In this document: piece by piece, positions 39,298-52,005 of the stretch
Numbering within the stretch: the first letter of the stretch is position 1
Layout: every line of letters begins with the position of its first letter
Assembly (NCBI RefSeq): GCF_006345805.1
Contig: NC_043006.1
Span: 64,604,001-64,668,000, forward strand
Source of the DNA: Octopus sinensis
Lineage: Eukaryota
Direction of reading: 5' to 3'
DNA length: 64,000 nucleotides
Made by a program: the position numbers and the translations under genes
Notes under the pieces: generated by a model
Told to the model about the DNA's origin: nothing
Databases searched by the model: none
Seen by the model: the letters and a program-made list of their open reading frames with translations, nothing else

Positions 39298-41519
39298 TAT
39301 CAGGTAGTTTAGGTTGTATTTGGTGTGAGATACTCTCTCTGTTACTCTTTTACTTGTTTCAGTCATTTTGACTGCGGCCATGCTGGAGCAACGCCTTTAG
39401 TCGAGCAAATCGACCCCAGGACTTATTCTTTGTAAGCCCAGTACTTATTTCTATCAGTCGCTTTTGCCGAACCGCTAAGTTACAGGGACGTAAACACACC
39501 AGCATCGGTTGTCAAGCGATGTTGGGGTGGGGACAAAAACAGACGCACAAATACACACACACACACATACGTCTGCCAATTCCACTCACAAGGCTTTGGT
39601 CGGCCCGAGGCTATAGTAGAAGACTCTTGCCCAAGGTGCCACGCAGTGGGACTTGAACCCGGAACCATGTAGTTCGTAAGCAAGCTACTTACCACAAAGC
39701 TGCTCTTGCGCCTCTGTGTGTCTGTGCCTATGAAAACGTAATCATAGAAACAGAGAAGGAGCGGGAAAATAATGTGAAACAATAATAAAACAGCAGCTAG
39801 TACAGTATTAATATGTGACCCAACGACAACAAACACCAGTATTAGTTTTAAATTTTGGCTCAAGGCCAGCAAGTCCGGGGTGGGGATAAATTAATTACAT
39901 CGACTTCAGTGTTCAACTGGTGCTTATTTTATCGACCCCGAAAAGGATGGAAGGCAAAGTCAACCTCAGTGGGATTTGAACTCAGAACGTAAGGACAGAC
40001 GAAATGCCGTTAAGCATTTCGCATGATGTACTAACTATTGTCATTTCTTTATTGCCTACAAGAGGCTAAACATAGAGGGGACAAACAAGGACAGACAAAG
40101 GGATTAAGTCGACTACAACGACCGCAGTGCGTAACTGGTACTTAATTTATCGACCCCGCAAGGATGAAAAGCAAAGTCGTCCTCGGCGGAACTTGAACTC
40201 AGAACCTAGCGGCAGACGAAATACAGCTAAACATTTCACCCGGCGTGCTAACGTTTCTGCCAGCTCGTCGCCTTACTGCAAAATTGCTTTAAATCAATCG
40301 TGGATGAGCAAACTGCAGCCCGCGGACTTCCTGAATGACGCGCCTAATGAAACTATCCTATATGTTTCTAGTAGTGCAGCCCGCCTGATTATAAAACACG
40401 TCTCATACAGCCCGCTTCTTGAAACAGCTTGCCCTTTCCTGCTTTAAGTGCTACGAGCTTTAATGCTCTAAATTTTTTTTTGTTTTGTTTTTTTTTCCTG
40501 AATATGTTCTGCTGGACTTGGGGTACATCTAATATGTCCGTGCGTCTTTTAATACCATCAAATACTATAACTGTATCTACCACGACAAAAAAAAAAAGCG
40601 GAATAGTTACGATTGGAATACTTATTCATGTATTTGCTAACAAACAGCTCTCCCCCAAATCACACCCTATTGTCTTATAAAAGGACACACTGCATAATGT
40701 CGAGCAGAACTTGCTGGAATAAAAACGGGATGGTCATGACTGGAATTCCTTCCATCATAGATTAACTCAGCTAGAGAAAATCTATGATGGAAGGACAACA
40801 ACAACAACATGAACTAATGAAGGAGTCGCTCATTATGTGGCCGCTGAACCAGCTAGACACAACAGTCACATATCCCGGACAGTCATATATCCCTCCCCCC
40901 AGCACACTACTATCTTTTAAATGCACACATTGGATAATGTAGTTTGAGTTATACAACTTTTGGAATTAAAGGGTGATGGTCATAGTAGGAATGCTTTTAA
41001 TCATATTCCTGATCGGTCAAGTTTGAGTAACAACGACAACAATAATTACACCCTCACACGCACTAATAGTTACTCTTCCATCAATAACATCACCAACATT
41101 AAAACCACCACCACCACCACCACCATCATGGCAACACTCATACCACTATCACCACCACCACCGCCGCCACCATCTCGGCAACACTCATACCACTATCACC
41201 ATCGATCCCACCGCCGCCGCCGCCGCCGCCACCACCAAAATCATCACAAGCAACAACAACATTGGGCCTGCTAAAAACAGCAGTCACATCTACCGTTTTT
41301 TTTTTAAAAAAAGGGACGCACTGGATATTGTAATTCTTGACCAATTATATCTGGATCAATAAAACTTGTTGAAACACCTTCGATCATAGATCTGTACGAT
41401 TAGGGCTGATATAACAACAATACCAGCGACAGAAATACCAGCATCTCCACCACTGTCACTGACAGCAATACTTCCACTGGTATCAATTATCATCTCTGTT
41501 ATGATTAACCTGGAAGCCA

Positions 41520-41731
41520 ACAGATTGTCATGCTTTCCAATAACATGGAACAACATTGATAGAGTCATGCCATACTTTAACATGTCACGGAATTGTAGGA
41601 TTTGTCAAGCTGAAAAGCTCCATATCCTGAAGCAATTGGAGTTATATCTTAAGCAGACATCAGAGATAATATCTTATAATCGTCACAGGGAAATGTTTCG
41701 TTTAAAAATGTTTCCGCTGTCTGAAGGCTAA
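41520..41731 (+). mobile_element. Penelope-like element GIY-YIG endonuclease C-terminal remnant
   Basis: ITWNNIDRVMPYFNMSRNCRICQAEKLHILK...TSEIISYNRHREMF matches the recalled PLE pattern I.W.I......Y....K.C.LC..EK..I......NKRSEL.S.CRH..KF. Confidence 0.8.
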
Positions 41732-41849
41732 TTCATAGAAATCGGCTTTGAGTAGTTCCATTGAGTCTCGTGGAGTAATTGGTCCGAAAGGCGATGACCC
41801 TGAACTGACTTGCCTTTCTCTATATCGTAGGGTTGTGAGGGTATGAAGT

Positions 41850-43560
41850 ATTGTGTGTGCGTATATGTGTATCTATGTGTAATGAGTTATGACTTTTTGA
41901 TTTTTTGGGAATTAAACAATTTCCTGTATCAAAAAGTCAATGAACAATTTCATATTACTAACTGCAACCGAGTTAGAAATATCTTCCAAGTTACCAACCC
42001 CAAAAGCAGCAACAGTTTGTCGACAATTATCTCAAGATGGAATCAATGTCAAGACTCCTTCCGAAACTGGTATTTACAGGTTGACTATCAAAGAAGCTGC
42101 TAACATTTTTTTAAAAAATGAAGTAAACATTACATTTAGAAAACTGATAATTGCATTTTGATGGTAAATGTATTGATGACCAAGAATACCAAGTGCTAGT
42201 TTTAAAGAATGAACAATGAGAAGTTAAGTTAGAAGCACTCCAATTACCAAACGGAAAAAGCCAATACTGTTGTGAAAGAAATAACAGTTATTTTAGATGA
42301 GTACAATTTATGGAACTGTGTAAAGATGATTGCCGCTGATACAACGAGTGTGAACACTGAGAAAAGAAATGGCATTGTCATTCAGTTACGAAGACTGTTT
42401 GCTCAAAAGGGTTTGAAAGAACCGCAATTTATTGGTTGTCAGCATCATATCCTTGATAGAGTTCTTCGTGTTGTAATGGATAACGAACTTGGAGAAAAAA
42501 GTCATCTCCCAGTACTGAATCCCAGAGTTTCTAAGTAATTACAAGAAACTCCATGCTAATTTCAATAATGTTGAAGAAAAGATTACTGAATCAGCAGGAT
42601 GGCGAGATGACATGAAATTTCTATTTCATTTGACTAGAGTATTTCGTTTCTTTGAAGAAACCGGAAAATTTCCTACTGTAAAGTTTCAAAAAATACTTAA
42701 GATGGAATTCTCGAGCAATACTATCTCTTTTGGTATTTATTCTCCTACCAGGGAAAAGAGTTTTGCTTTTCAATATTTGTCGATTCATTTCTTATAGCTG
42801 AACAGATTTTTGGTTTACTGAGCAAATGTTCAATGCACATGATTATCAGAAGTTATGTGGTAGCCTGCAAGTTCATAAAACTCTGTAAAACTCTGTAAAA
42901 AAAAAACTTTTGGAGTTGAGAACCATTAAAACTGGAAATTCTCAGCTCAAATCAGAGTGCAGAACGGGAAGTCAAGTGCCTTCAAGATCTTTATGATGTT
43001 TGTAAAAAGAAGGAGAAACTTCAGCTTCGATTTATTTTATCTGACAAAGCATTAACTCTTTGTTATGTTTAAAAATTTGCTAACATTCAGCACCCTTTTT
43101 CTTGTACAGTTATTTAAAATTGGAATTAGACCTATAAAGTTGAAAATATGTATTGCTTTAAATTTTCTATATTATCGAATGCTTGTAGTGGCCTCTGTCT
43201 TAAAATAACCTAGTTTTGAACCTTTGCATACGGCAATTTCAATTCAGTAATCTTAAAAATGTATAAGTACACTTTTATTATGCATCTCTCTTGCGTTTAC
43301 AAGGATTTAGGCAGCAGAAATACTGAAGTGTGGATCTAGTGCCATCTAGTGATTATAGTTTCAAAAGCCTCTAACTCTGAAACTACTTCAACTAGAAAGC
43401 TGAAATTTCAGATGTACTGTTTCTGTATTGCATTGAGTCAGCACATCACGTTTGGTGAAAACTTGAGCAGGCGTTGTGAAGCCCAACACCGCTAGAATTT
43501 TGCACATTTTGGGTCAAAATTGGTGATCAATTTCTTAAGTTGGGGGTGATGTTTTGTTCA
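41850..43560 (+). mobile_element. Decayed hAT-like (hATm-type) DDE transposon
   Basis: Reads LHFDGK, ADTTSVNT and FIGCQHHILDRVLR (CxxH), with several frameshifts and stops. Boundaries approximate. Confidence 0.75.
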
Positions 43561-44651
43561 AATAAAGCAAAATAAATGTTAGTTTCCTGATTTTTATAAA
43601 ATTATTCGTGGAATTAAAGTATAGGATTATTAGGTTGTGTAAGAGTCATAACTCTAGTAATCATATTGTGTGTGAGGAAAACATGAGAGTGAAGAAACAG
43701 GAGCGGGAACGAGTATGAGGTAAAAGGGAAAGCAAGAGGATCGTAGAATGTGTGATGGAAGTGTGCGCAAGGGTATGGGTATGAGATGCAAGTACATGGA
43801 AGGAAGGAATGGAAAAGCGAAGTGAAAGGAGAAAGGAAGGAGTTGAGGGTGAGAAAAGAAGTGAAAGAAGAAGAGAAAATTGGAGAAAGAATAATTACAA
43901 TTCAACACTAGTACAAACATGTGAAGGAAGAAAATTAGTGAAGTACGCAGAGGGGAGAGATGGATGCAATAGTGATATGTACACGTGTCGGAATGTAAAG
44001 CGCATAAACCGAGGGAAGAAAAAGAAAACACAAAAAAATGAACAAGCGAAGCAAAAAGGAGAGAAAGGATGCCAGTTCAGGGAGAGAAGAGGAATAACAG
44101 AAAAATAATAGAAAAATTGGAGAAAATCTAATTACAAATCAACACTGATATATGAAATTTAAAAAAGGAAAAGAAAAACGAAGCCAATTCTGTAAAAAAA
44201 AAAATTTGAAAACCACGCAGTACACCATGAATAAAAGGTTTGGAGAACTTAGACAACTGGCACAAAGTCCAGAGAGACTGGAATATCTATAGTATGGTAA
44301 GGAACGGGTAAAAAAGAATTAGGTGACGCAGATAGAGAAGCAAGAGGAATGCAAAACAATGTGAGCACGTCGAGGAGTTAAAGCATTCGTGACAGAAGAG
44401 AGAAACAAAGGGAACATTTTTCATCTAATACAACTGGTAGAAAGTTATTGTGGTGTGTATGGTAGAAACCTTAAATGCCTATTGATATTGGGGCTGTGTG
44501 GTAAGTAGCTTGCTTACGAGCTACATGGTTCCGGGTTCAGTCCCACTGCTTGGCACCTTGGGCAAGTGTCTTCTACTATAGCCTCGGGTGACCAAAGCCT
44601 TGTGAGTGCATTTGGTAGACGGCAACTGAAAGAAGCCCGTCGTATATATGA

Positions 44652-44717
<66 letters not shown>

Positions 44718-44723
<6 letters not shown>

Positions 44724-44822
44724 ACAGACCAGGCTATCAGATGTTGCTACACATCGCTGGTCACAATGCGCTTTGCATTGATTTAGCCTTCAAATGACGC
44801 CACCCGCTGGCTAAGCAAGCAG

Positions 44823-44825
<3 letters not shown>
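44718..44825 (-). mobile_element. Stand-alone 110-bp structured module inside (TA)n
   Basis: Same ends as 12333-12440, with (TA)n on both sides. Confidence 0.85.
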
Positions 44826-44879
<54 letters not shown>

Positions 44880-45131
44880 ACTAATAAGGGTGAGAAAATT
44901 GGATACTAATTTAATAGTACATCCATTTAACACCAAGTGGCTCAGTGCATAAAAACCTGGATTACGATAAATTTTATACATAAGTATAAGGGAGTAACCA
45001 CCATGTGGTCTACTCTAGCACTAAAAATAGATCCGCTAGGTTTCAGCCACAAAAAATTGTTTCCGATGAAAGTTAGCACGACTACTAGCGCAAACGAACA
45101 GGGCAAATAAACCTAACAAAAATGCAGATTA

Positions 45132-45228
45132 GTTCAGGACAATTGTTTCGCTATTAATAAATTATGTAATTATGTGAATAAATTATTAATTTTACTCACA
45201 TAACATATCTGTAGCTCTTCAGCCGAAC
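45132..45228 (-). ncRNA. Type I hammerhead ribozyme, canonical core, GUC triplet, large loop II
   Basis: GTTCGG-CTGAAGA-GCTA(long AT-rich loop)TAGC-GAAA-CAATTG-TC-CTGAAC. Confidence 0.82.
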
Positions 45229-45526
45229 CCGCCTAGAATACAATTTACCCGACCGCACGCTAGATTTCACCATAATGATAAACACACGTGCGGTCCAGTC
45301 GATTGCAATCGCTGTTATAATTCAAGTGCCCCTGCCATAGCCCGCCAAATTCACGGAAACAGATACTACATTTAATTTTGGATGTAGTATCTGTTTCTGT
45401 GAATTTTGGCGGGCTATGGCAGGGGCACTTGAAATTATAACAGCGAATGCAATCGACTGGGCCGCACGTGTGTTTATCATTATGGTGAAATCCAGCGTGC
45501 GGTCGGGTAAATTGTATTCTGGACGG

Positions 45527-45603
45527 GTTTGGCTGAAGGGCTACAGATATGTTATGTGAGTAAAATTATATAATTTATTAATAGCGAAACAATTGTCCTG
45601 AAC
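45527..45603 (+). ncRNA. Mirror hammerhead copy with A9G change
   Basis: GTTTGG-CTGAAGG-GCTA(...)TAGC-GAAA-CAATTG-TC-CTGAAC. Confidence 0.7.
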
Positions 45604-46280
45604 TAATCTGCATTTTTGTTATGTTTATTTGCCCTGTTCGTTTGCGCTAGTAGTCGTGCTAACTTTCATCGGAAACAATTTTTTGTGGCTGAAACCTAGC
45701 GGATCTATTTTTAGTGCTAGAGTAGACCACATGGTGGTTACTCTCTTATATTTATGTATAAAATTTATCGTAATCCAGGTTTTTATGCACTAAGACACTT
45801 GGTGTTGATAAAATTAGTATCAGTTACGTGCTGGGGTTGATGTAATCGACTTGATCTCTACCCCAAAAATTTGAGGCCTTGTGCTTCCAGAAGAAAGGAT
45901 TTATTAAAGTTGAAAAAATATGACTCACTGACATTCACATTATATTAGATATGTTTAATTTTGGGGAATCTTTATTTCAATTAAAGTCTATTTTATTATA
46001 TGTCCGTTTTCCGTCCTTATTTTTGTATTCATATTCGTGTAACATCGTCCGTTTTTCGTCCTTGTTTCGTATGCATTCGAAGCTTTTTTCCAAGGAATCT
46101 AATGCGCTTAGCTTAGTTTTTTGCCTTGGGGCTGGCCAGATTGGAGCAATCTCAAGATTAATCAGCCGAAATTGCGAGGATGATCCGGTTCTTGACTGAA
46201 GATTGAAGGCTTCGAATGTCCCGTCCGTGTTTTTTGTATCGTCTTCTAAATGTTATGCGTTATTGTCCCAGTTTGTATTA

Positions 46281-46577
46281 TATATATATATATATATATT
46301 TCGTTTTTGTATTTGGTTTGCAAGATTCTTTAAATGAATTCGTGTGTTGAAGCATATTGTTGTGTCTGGGGAGAGTCATTTTCTTTTTGTGCTTTATAAT
46401 GTAACACACTCACCGGTAAAATTTCCACTTATTTCTTATTTTTACTTCCTAAAATTTTCGTTGCATCTTGCAACCTTTTCAATAGGAAAATAAAAATTAA
46501 AATAAGTGGAAATTTTACTGGTGAGTGTGTTACATTATAAGTCACAAAAAGAAAATGACTCTCCCCAGACACAACAG
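46281..46577 (-). mobile_element. (TA)n-embedded fold-back element with a hammerhead as its loop
   Basis: 46358-46451 pairs with 46483-46576. (TA)n on both sides. Confidence 0.85.
46446..46488 (-). ncRNA. Minimal type I hammerhead with U3-A8 swapped core (UUGAAAA)
   Basis: TTCCTA-TTGAAAA-G-GTTGC(AAGAT)GCAAC-GAAA-AT-TT-TAGGAA. Confidence 0.65.
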
Positions 46578-46589
46578 TATATATATATA

Positions 46590-46650
<61 letters not shown>

Positions 46651-46808
46651 TGTCAGCTCTTCTGGTGACGTCGATGTTCGCCTGGGGCTAAATGCATCAG
46701 TAACACCCCCACCACCCCGCCCTGACCCTAGCCACATTCAGATGGCTGATCCCTCTTATGTTATATATATATATATATATATATAATAGAAATATTAAAA
46801 TTACTAAG

Positions 46809-46839
<31 letters not shown>

Positions 46840-47229
46840 GTATATATATGTATGTATATATGTACCAAAGAAACCAGAAAATAAAACAAAAATGATAGTG
46901 TTCAGGAATTTCTGTCATAGAAACATGTTTAATCAAAGTTGTACATCATCTCCCTCTTCCTCTCACATACCCTCTCTCTCTGTCTCTGTCTGTCTGTCTG
47001 TCTCTCTCCCTCCCTCTCTCTCTCTCTCTCTCTCTGTGTCTTCGCCACCGCCCTCACTGTCACTATGCCTACTATTACTCTCACTCCAGCACGAGGAATA
47101 GTAGAAGTGTCTTCAATAGTGAGAGAGGGGGGGTCAACGTGTGACACACTGACATACAGAAATTAGCATTTAATATATATATATGTATGTATGTATATAT
47201 ATATACAGACAGACACACAAAGATTAGGT

Positions 47230-47237
<8 letters not shown>

Positions 47238-47323
<86 letters not shown>
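47238..47323. repeat. (GATA)n microsatellite (another at 48345-48404)
   Basis: Read directly from the sequence. Confidence 0.97.
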
Positions 47324-47324
<1 letters not shown>

Positions 47325-47640
47325 CTGATAGACAAACAGACAGACAGATAAACAGTCAGCCAGAGAGATAGGTAGGGAGCTATAAAGAAATATAGAACTA
47401 CACACAGACAAAAGTAAGAGACCCCCCCACACATAAACACACATGAGAGAGAGAAAGTGAGTAGAGAGAGAAAGAGAGAGTGAGAGAGTGAGAGAGCCAG
47501 ATGAATCGACTAAGCAAGAGACGGAGTCGTAATTGATTGTAGAGAAATAGCGATAAGTGTGTATAGTTGGGTAAACACTTCAACAAGATACTAAAATAAA
47601 TTGTACATAGATAGACAGACACGTGCGTGTGTGTGTGTGC

Positions 47641-47675
<35 letters not shown>

Positions 47676-47686
47676 GTGTGTGTGTG

Positions 47687-47754
<68 letters not shown>

Positions 47755-47785
47755 TATAGATAGATAGAGAGATAGAGATAGAGAA

Positions 47786-47820
<35 letters not shown>

Positions 47821-48033
47821 AGAAAGTTGCAACTACATATGTATTCTTTTTATTTGTTGCAGCCACTTGACTGGAGCACCACCTTTAGTCGAACAAATCG
47901 ATCCCAGGACTTATTCTTTGTAAGCCTAGTGCTTATCCTATATGTCTCTTTTCTTCCGAACCGCTAAGTTACGGGAACGTAAACACATCAACATCGGTTG
48001 TCAAGCGATGGTGGGAGGATAAACAGACGTACA

Positions 48034-48065
<32 letters not shown>

Positions 48066-48250
48066 CATACACGATGGGTTTCTTTTAGTTTCCGTCTAAC
48101 AAAACCACTCAGAAGGGTTTGGTCGGCCCGAGGTATGGTGGAGGACGCTTGCCCAAGGTTCCACGCCGTAGGACTGAGCCCGAAACCATGTGGTTCGGAA
48201 GAAAGCTTCTTACCACACACTCACGCCTGCGCCTATATATATATATATAC

Positions 48251-48292
<42 letters not shown>

Positions 48293-48299
48293 TACATAC

Positions 48300-48334
<35 letters not shown>

Positions 48335-48345
48335 GGCAGGCAGGC

Positions 48346-48405
<60 letters not shown>

Positions 48406-48435
48406 GGATGTAACCACTGAAAGACACAAAGACAG

Positions 48436-48479
<44 letters not shown>

Positions 48480-51400
48480 GAGATTGAGAGACAAAGACAG
48501 AGAAAAGAGAGAGAGGCAGGGAAAGCGCGAGAGAGAGGGTGAGGGAGAATGGTGTGTCGTAAAGACTTCTAAAAGATATTGAACCGCTATCAATCAATAA
48601 TTGGTGATTCTAGCGTCTCCGTCTGCTCTAAACCATGGCAACGACTGGAGTGACACCAAGCGAACAGTAATGTCAGAGCTGCTTCATGTAGACTGCTATA
48701 TGTTGTTGTTGTTGTTGTATAGCCCTCGGTCAGTGGTTCTCAAGCAGGGTCCATGTGACCCTTGAGGGTCAATGTAAGATTTTGCAGTTAAAATTTATCT
48801 GCAATAAATTGTTTATAATTCTACAATGCACAAAATATTTTAGCAATTTATTTTTTATACAGTTTCTGATAAAATTTAATTATAAGAGTATAATATGATA
48901 TTTTAAGCATCGAATAGTTATGAGGGCCAACCCGAGTAAAATAGTCGAATCAAAGGGGATCTATACGTAAAGAATGGTTGAGAATCAGTGCCCTAGATTA
49001 ATCCGACACAGGTCGGCCTATGGCGTTCACGTGATGCTCGGATACCTAGATGTATATAACAGATCCCACGCTTCCTTTATTAAAACAGCTATCTATGTAT
49101 CATATATAATATGTATACACAGTTGATAGGCCAATTACTGAAGTATTTGTCCTGTGATAACATCTCTTATGGACAGAGAAAGACAGAAAATTGTCCCGAC
49201 AGCGAGAGCACCAAATGCATTTCAGCCTTTGGAGCCTTTTCAATGGAGTATATTCGTAGCCAGCTACATGTTTGGATAAGAATTTGTTGCCTCCCATAAA
49301 GAAAAAAATGAATCACTCATTCATTGATGTGAAAAACCGGCCGGCTGATTAAAAATCTGGCATATGCAAGTGAGACAGTATCAGATTAAAATAGCCATCT
49401 ATGAATCATATTTAATGTATATACACTGCTGACAGACCGTTTACTACAGTATTTGTCGTGAAGTAAGAGTTCTTACGAGTGTGTAGTATTAAAAGCACTA
49501 TAAATATCAGTGGGATTGAGAGAGAGGGGGGGGGGTAAAACTCGTCCCAGCAGCGGCCAGCGAAAGCGCCAGGTACATTTTTATTGTTAACTTAGGGGAC
49601 AAACGGTAAAGTCCGTAATGATTTTGCCGAAAGAACCCCTGACTAGGGCAACAAAGAATTTTTTGCAAGGTTGAACAAGCCTGCTTCCAGAAACTAGAAG
49701 CAAGATGACGCTTTCACGGGAAGAGTACTTTGGGTTTTGTATATTCTTGTATAGGCACGGGACTTGTGGAGGGCTGCTTCGGAAGGCGCACACTAGAGAC
49801 CTATCCAAAAGACGGTGCCAAGTCCTTATAATCCCAATTGATACTGAGAGAAGAGATATTTGGGTGTTTCTAGTCTAGTACATAAATTCGAACGTCCACA
49901 CGAAAGCTACAAACAGCCAAATAACTGCTAGTTAACAGAATTTCCAAACACTGTATTTTCCAGCATTCAAGTCGACATGGTATTTAGTGCAACCATGTAA
50001 TGTAAATATTCAAACACCGTCACCATTTTTCAAAATTTTGTTGCATTTCACGTGGATGTTTGGTCCTTCAAATTCGCTTTGATGTGTAAGTTGACCTACA
50101 TTCTTTGGTAGTAAAATTTGGTCTAAAAACTTGATGTATTTGAATGAACCGAAGACAAGAGTTGATCTTATGATCCCATCTCGCACACATAAAGCCGTAT
50201 TAGATATGAAAGCCGTTTACACAAATACGAAATATTCCACAATATATAAATAGCAGATTAACAATACAGAATCACCAGCGAAGTCTGTTTATCAAAACAC
50301 TTCAACCCAATCTCAAAACAAGCAAATTCCAAGCTCGACAGAAGACTAAATGAACGCTGGTGGAAATACACACATATGATGTATGTACAATGCGTGAGTA
50401 TGTAGTGTGTGCGTATGCATATGTACATATGTATGTATGTGTGTATGCATGTATGTGTGTATGTATGTATGCACATATGTATGTATCACTCTTTCCCTGT
50501 CTGCCTTTGTCTGTCCCTGCCTGTCTCTGTCTGTCTCCTCTCTATATATAAATGTATGTATATGTATGTATATGTGTGTGTGCGTGTATGTGTGCGTGTT
50601 CGTGTGTGTATTATTATTATATTAAAGCAGAACTGAAATGGTAAACAGTTTGGCAAGACTTGACAAGGACATTGAATTTAGCTATTTAATAAAATGGTAT
50701 ACATAGTCTCTAACCGCTGTTTCTAGAATACCCTAGCTATTAGAACATCGTCTCGAGCGAGGATTCCCTAGGTCGAGTATACTGTCCCAATTCTTGCATG
50801 GAAGTGTCTGTTGCAAAGTTCACAAGGGATCCATGTTGGAGGCTTTGGTTGTTGCAGCCTCCATTTTCTTTAATGTCGTTTTTCTTCCTTTTTCCTCTGT
50901 CGTTCAGTTTCAAAATGATTTGTCACAGTGGTGATGGAATGATACCAATCGAGCCTGCCCTGAGCTTCAATGTCTCAGGCTTTGGGATCGATTCCAGTCA
51001 GTTTTAGGTTTTGCTTCAGCTGATCCCTATATCGACGGAGGGGACGGCTATGGTGTTTTTTCCAGTGGAAAGTTCACCATATAAAATTATAAATCGTTTT
51101 TTTTTTTTACCGTGGAACTCGAAGTAGATTACGCTATAAATTACAGCATATTGATTTTGAGTTAAAATCCTTTAGATGGAAAAAATCGAAGGCTGCCCGT
51201 GCAACTCAAAAGGCAGAACTCCAGCATGGCCACAACCAAATGACTGAAACCAGAAAAGGAATGTATGTGTGCGAACATAGATGTATGCAAATATATGTAA
51301 ATGACACCACGTCAGTTCCAACAATGAATATTTCATTGTTCCATCAATTTATCTGTGAGTTTACATTGTAAGTGGCTGAGTATCCCATAGGAAAACGTAT

Positions 51401-51681
51401 TACCTGAATGTAATCCTTGAGCAGAGTCAGTATGGCACACTCGTATGACAATGATGGCCATTTAAATTACTGTTGCGATAATTTGAACAGGTTCCCGTAC
51501 AGTTTCCGTCTATCTAATTTCGCTGACAGGGATTTGGTTGATCCTAGGTTGTGGTAAAAGGCACTTGTGCAAGATGGCTCACTGTGGAATGGAACCTGGG
51601 ACTTCATGTTTCTTAACCACTCGGAAATGCCTGCATCCTTTATATATTTGTACACCCATCACATGTGTGTATATGTATGCG

Positions 51682-51721
<40 letters not shown>

Positions 51722-51963
51722 AGTGTGTGTGTGTGTGTCTGTGTGTGTCTGTGTGTGTCTGTGTACGTGTGTGTACAGATCAAGAGGCTCATTTTCCAAC
51801 CACGAGGTTTCGGGCTTAGACCTACTTGAGCTGGCGTCTTTTATTATTGTCCCGAGCCGATCAGTGCTTTGTGAGTGAATTTGGTAGACGGAAATAGTGT
51901 AGAAGCCCTCTGTTTGTGTGTGTGTGTGTGTGTATGTGTGTGTGTGTGTGTGTATGTGTGTGT

Positions 51964-52005
<42 letters not shown>

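Larger units (their letters stand above)
44878..45821. mobile_element. Fold-back element of about 940 bp (arms about 440 bp) ending in (TA)n, one hammerhead per arm
   Basis: Axis at 45372-45381. 44930-45371 pairs with 45382-45807. Confidence 0.92.

Noticed and set aside
46190-46225. CTGAAGA-TT-GAAG/CTTC-GAAT-GTC in the TA-terminated segment 45950-46270
   Set aside because: One-base loop, no GAAA and no stem I. Not supportable from this copy.
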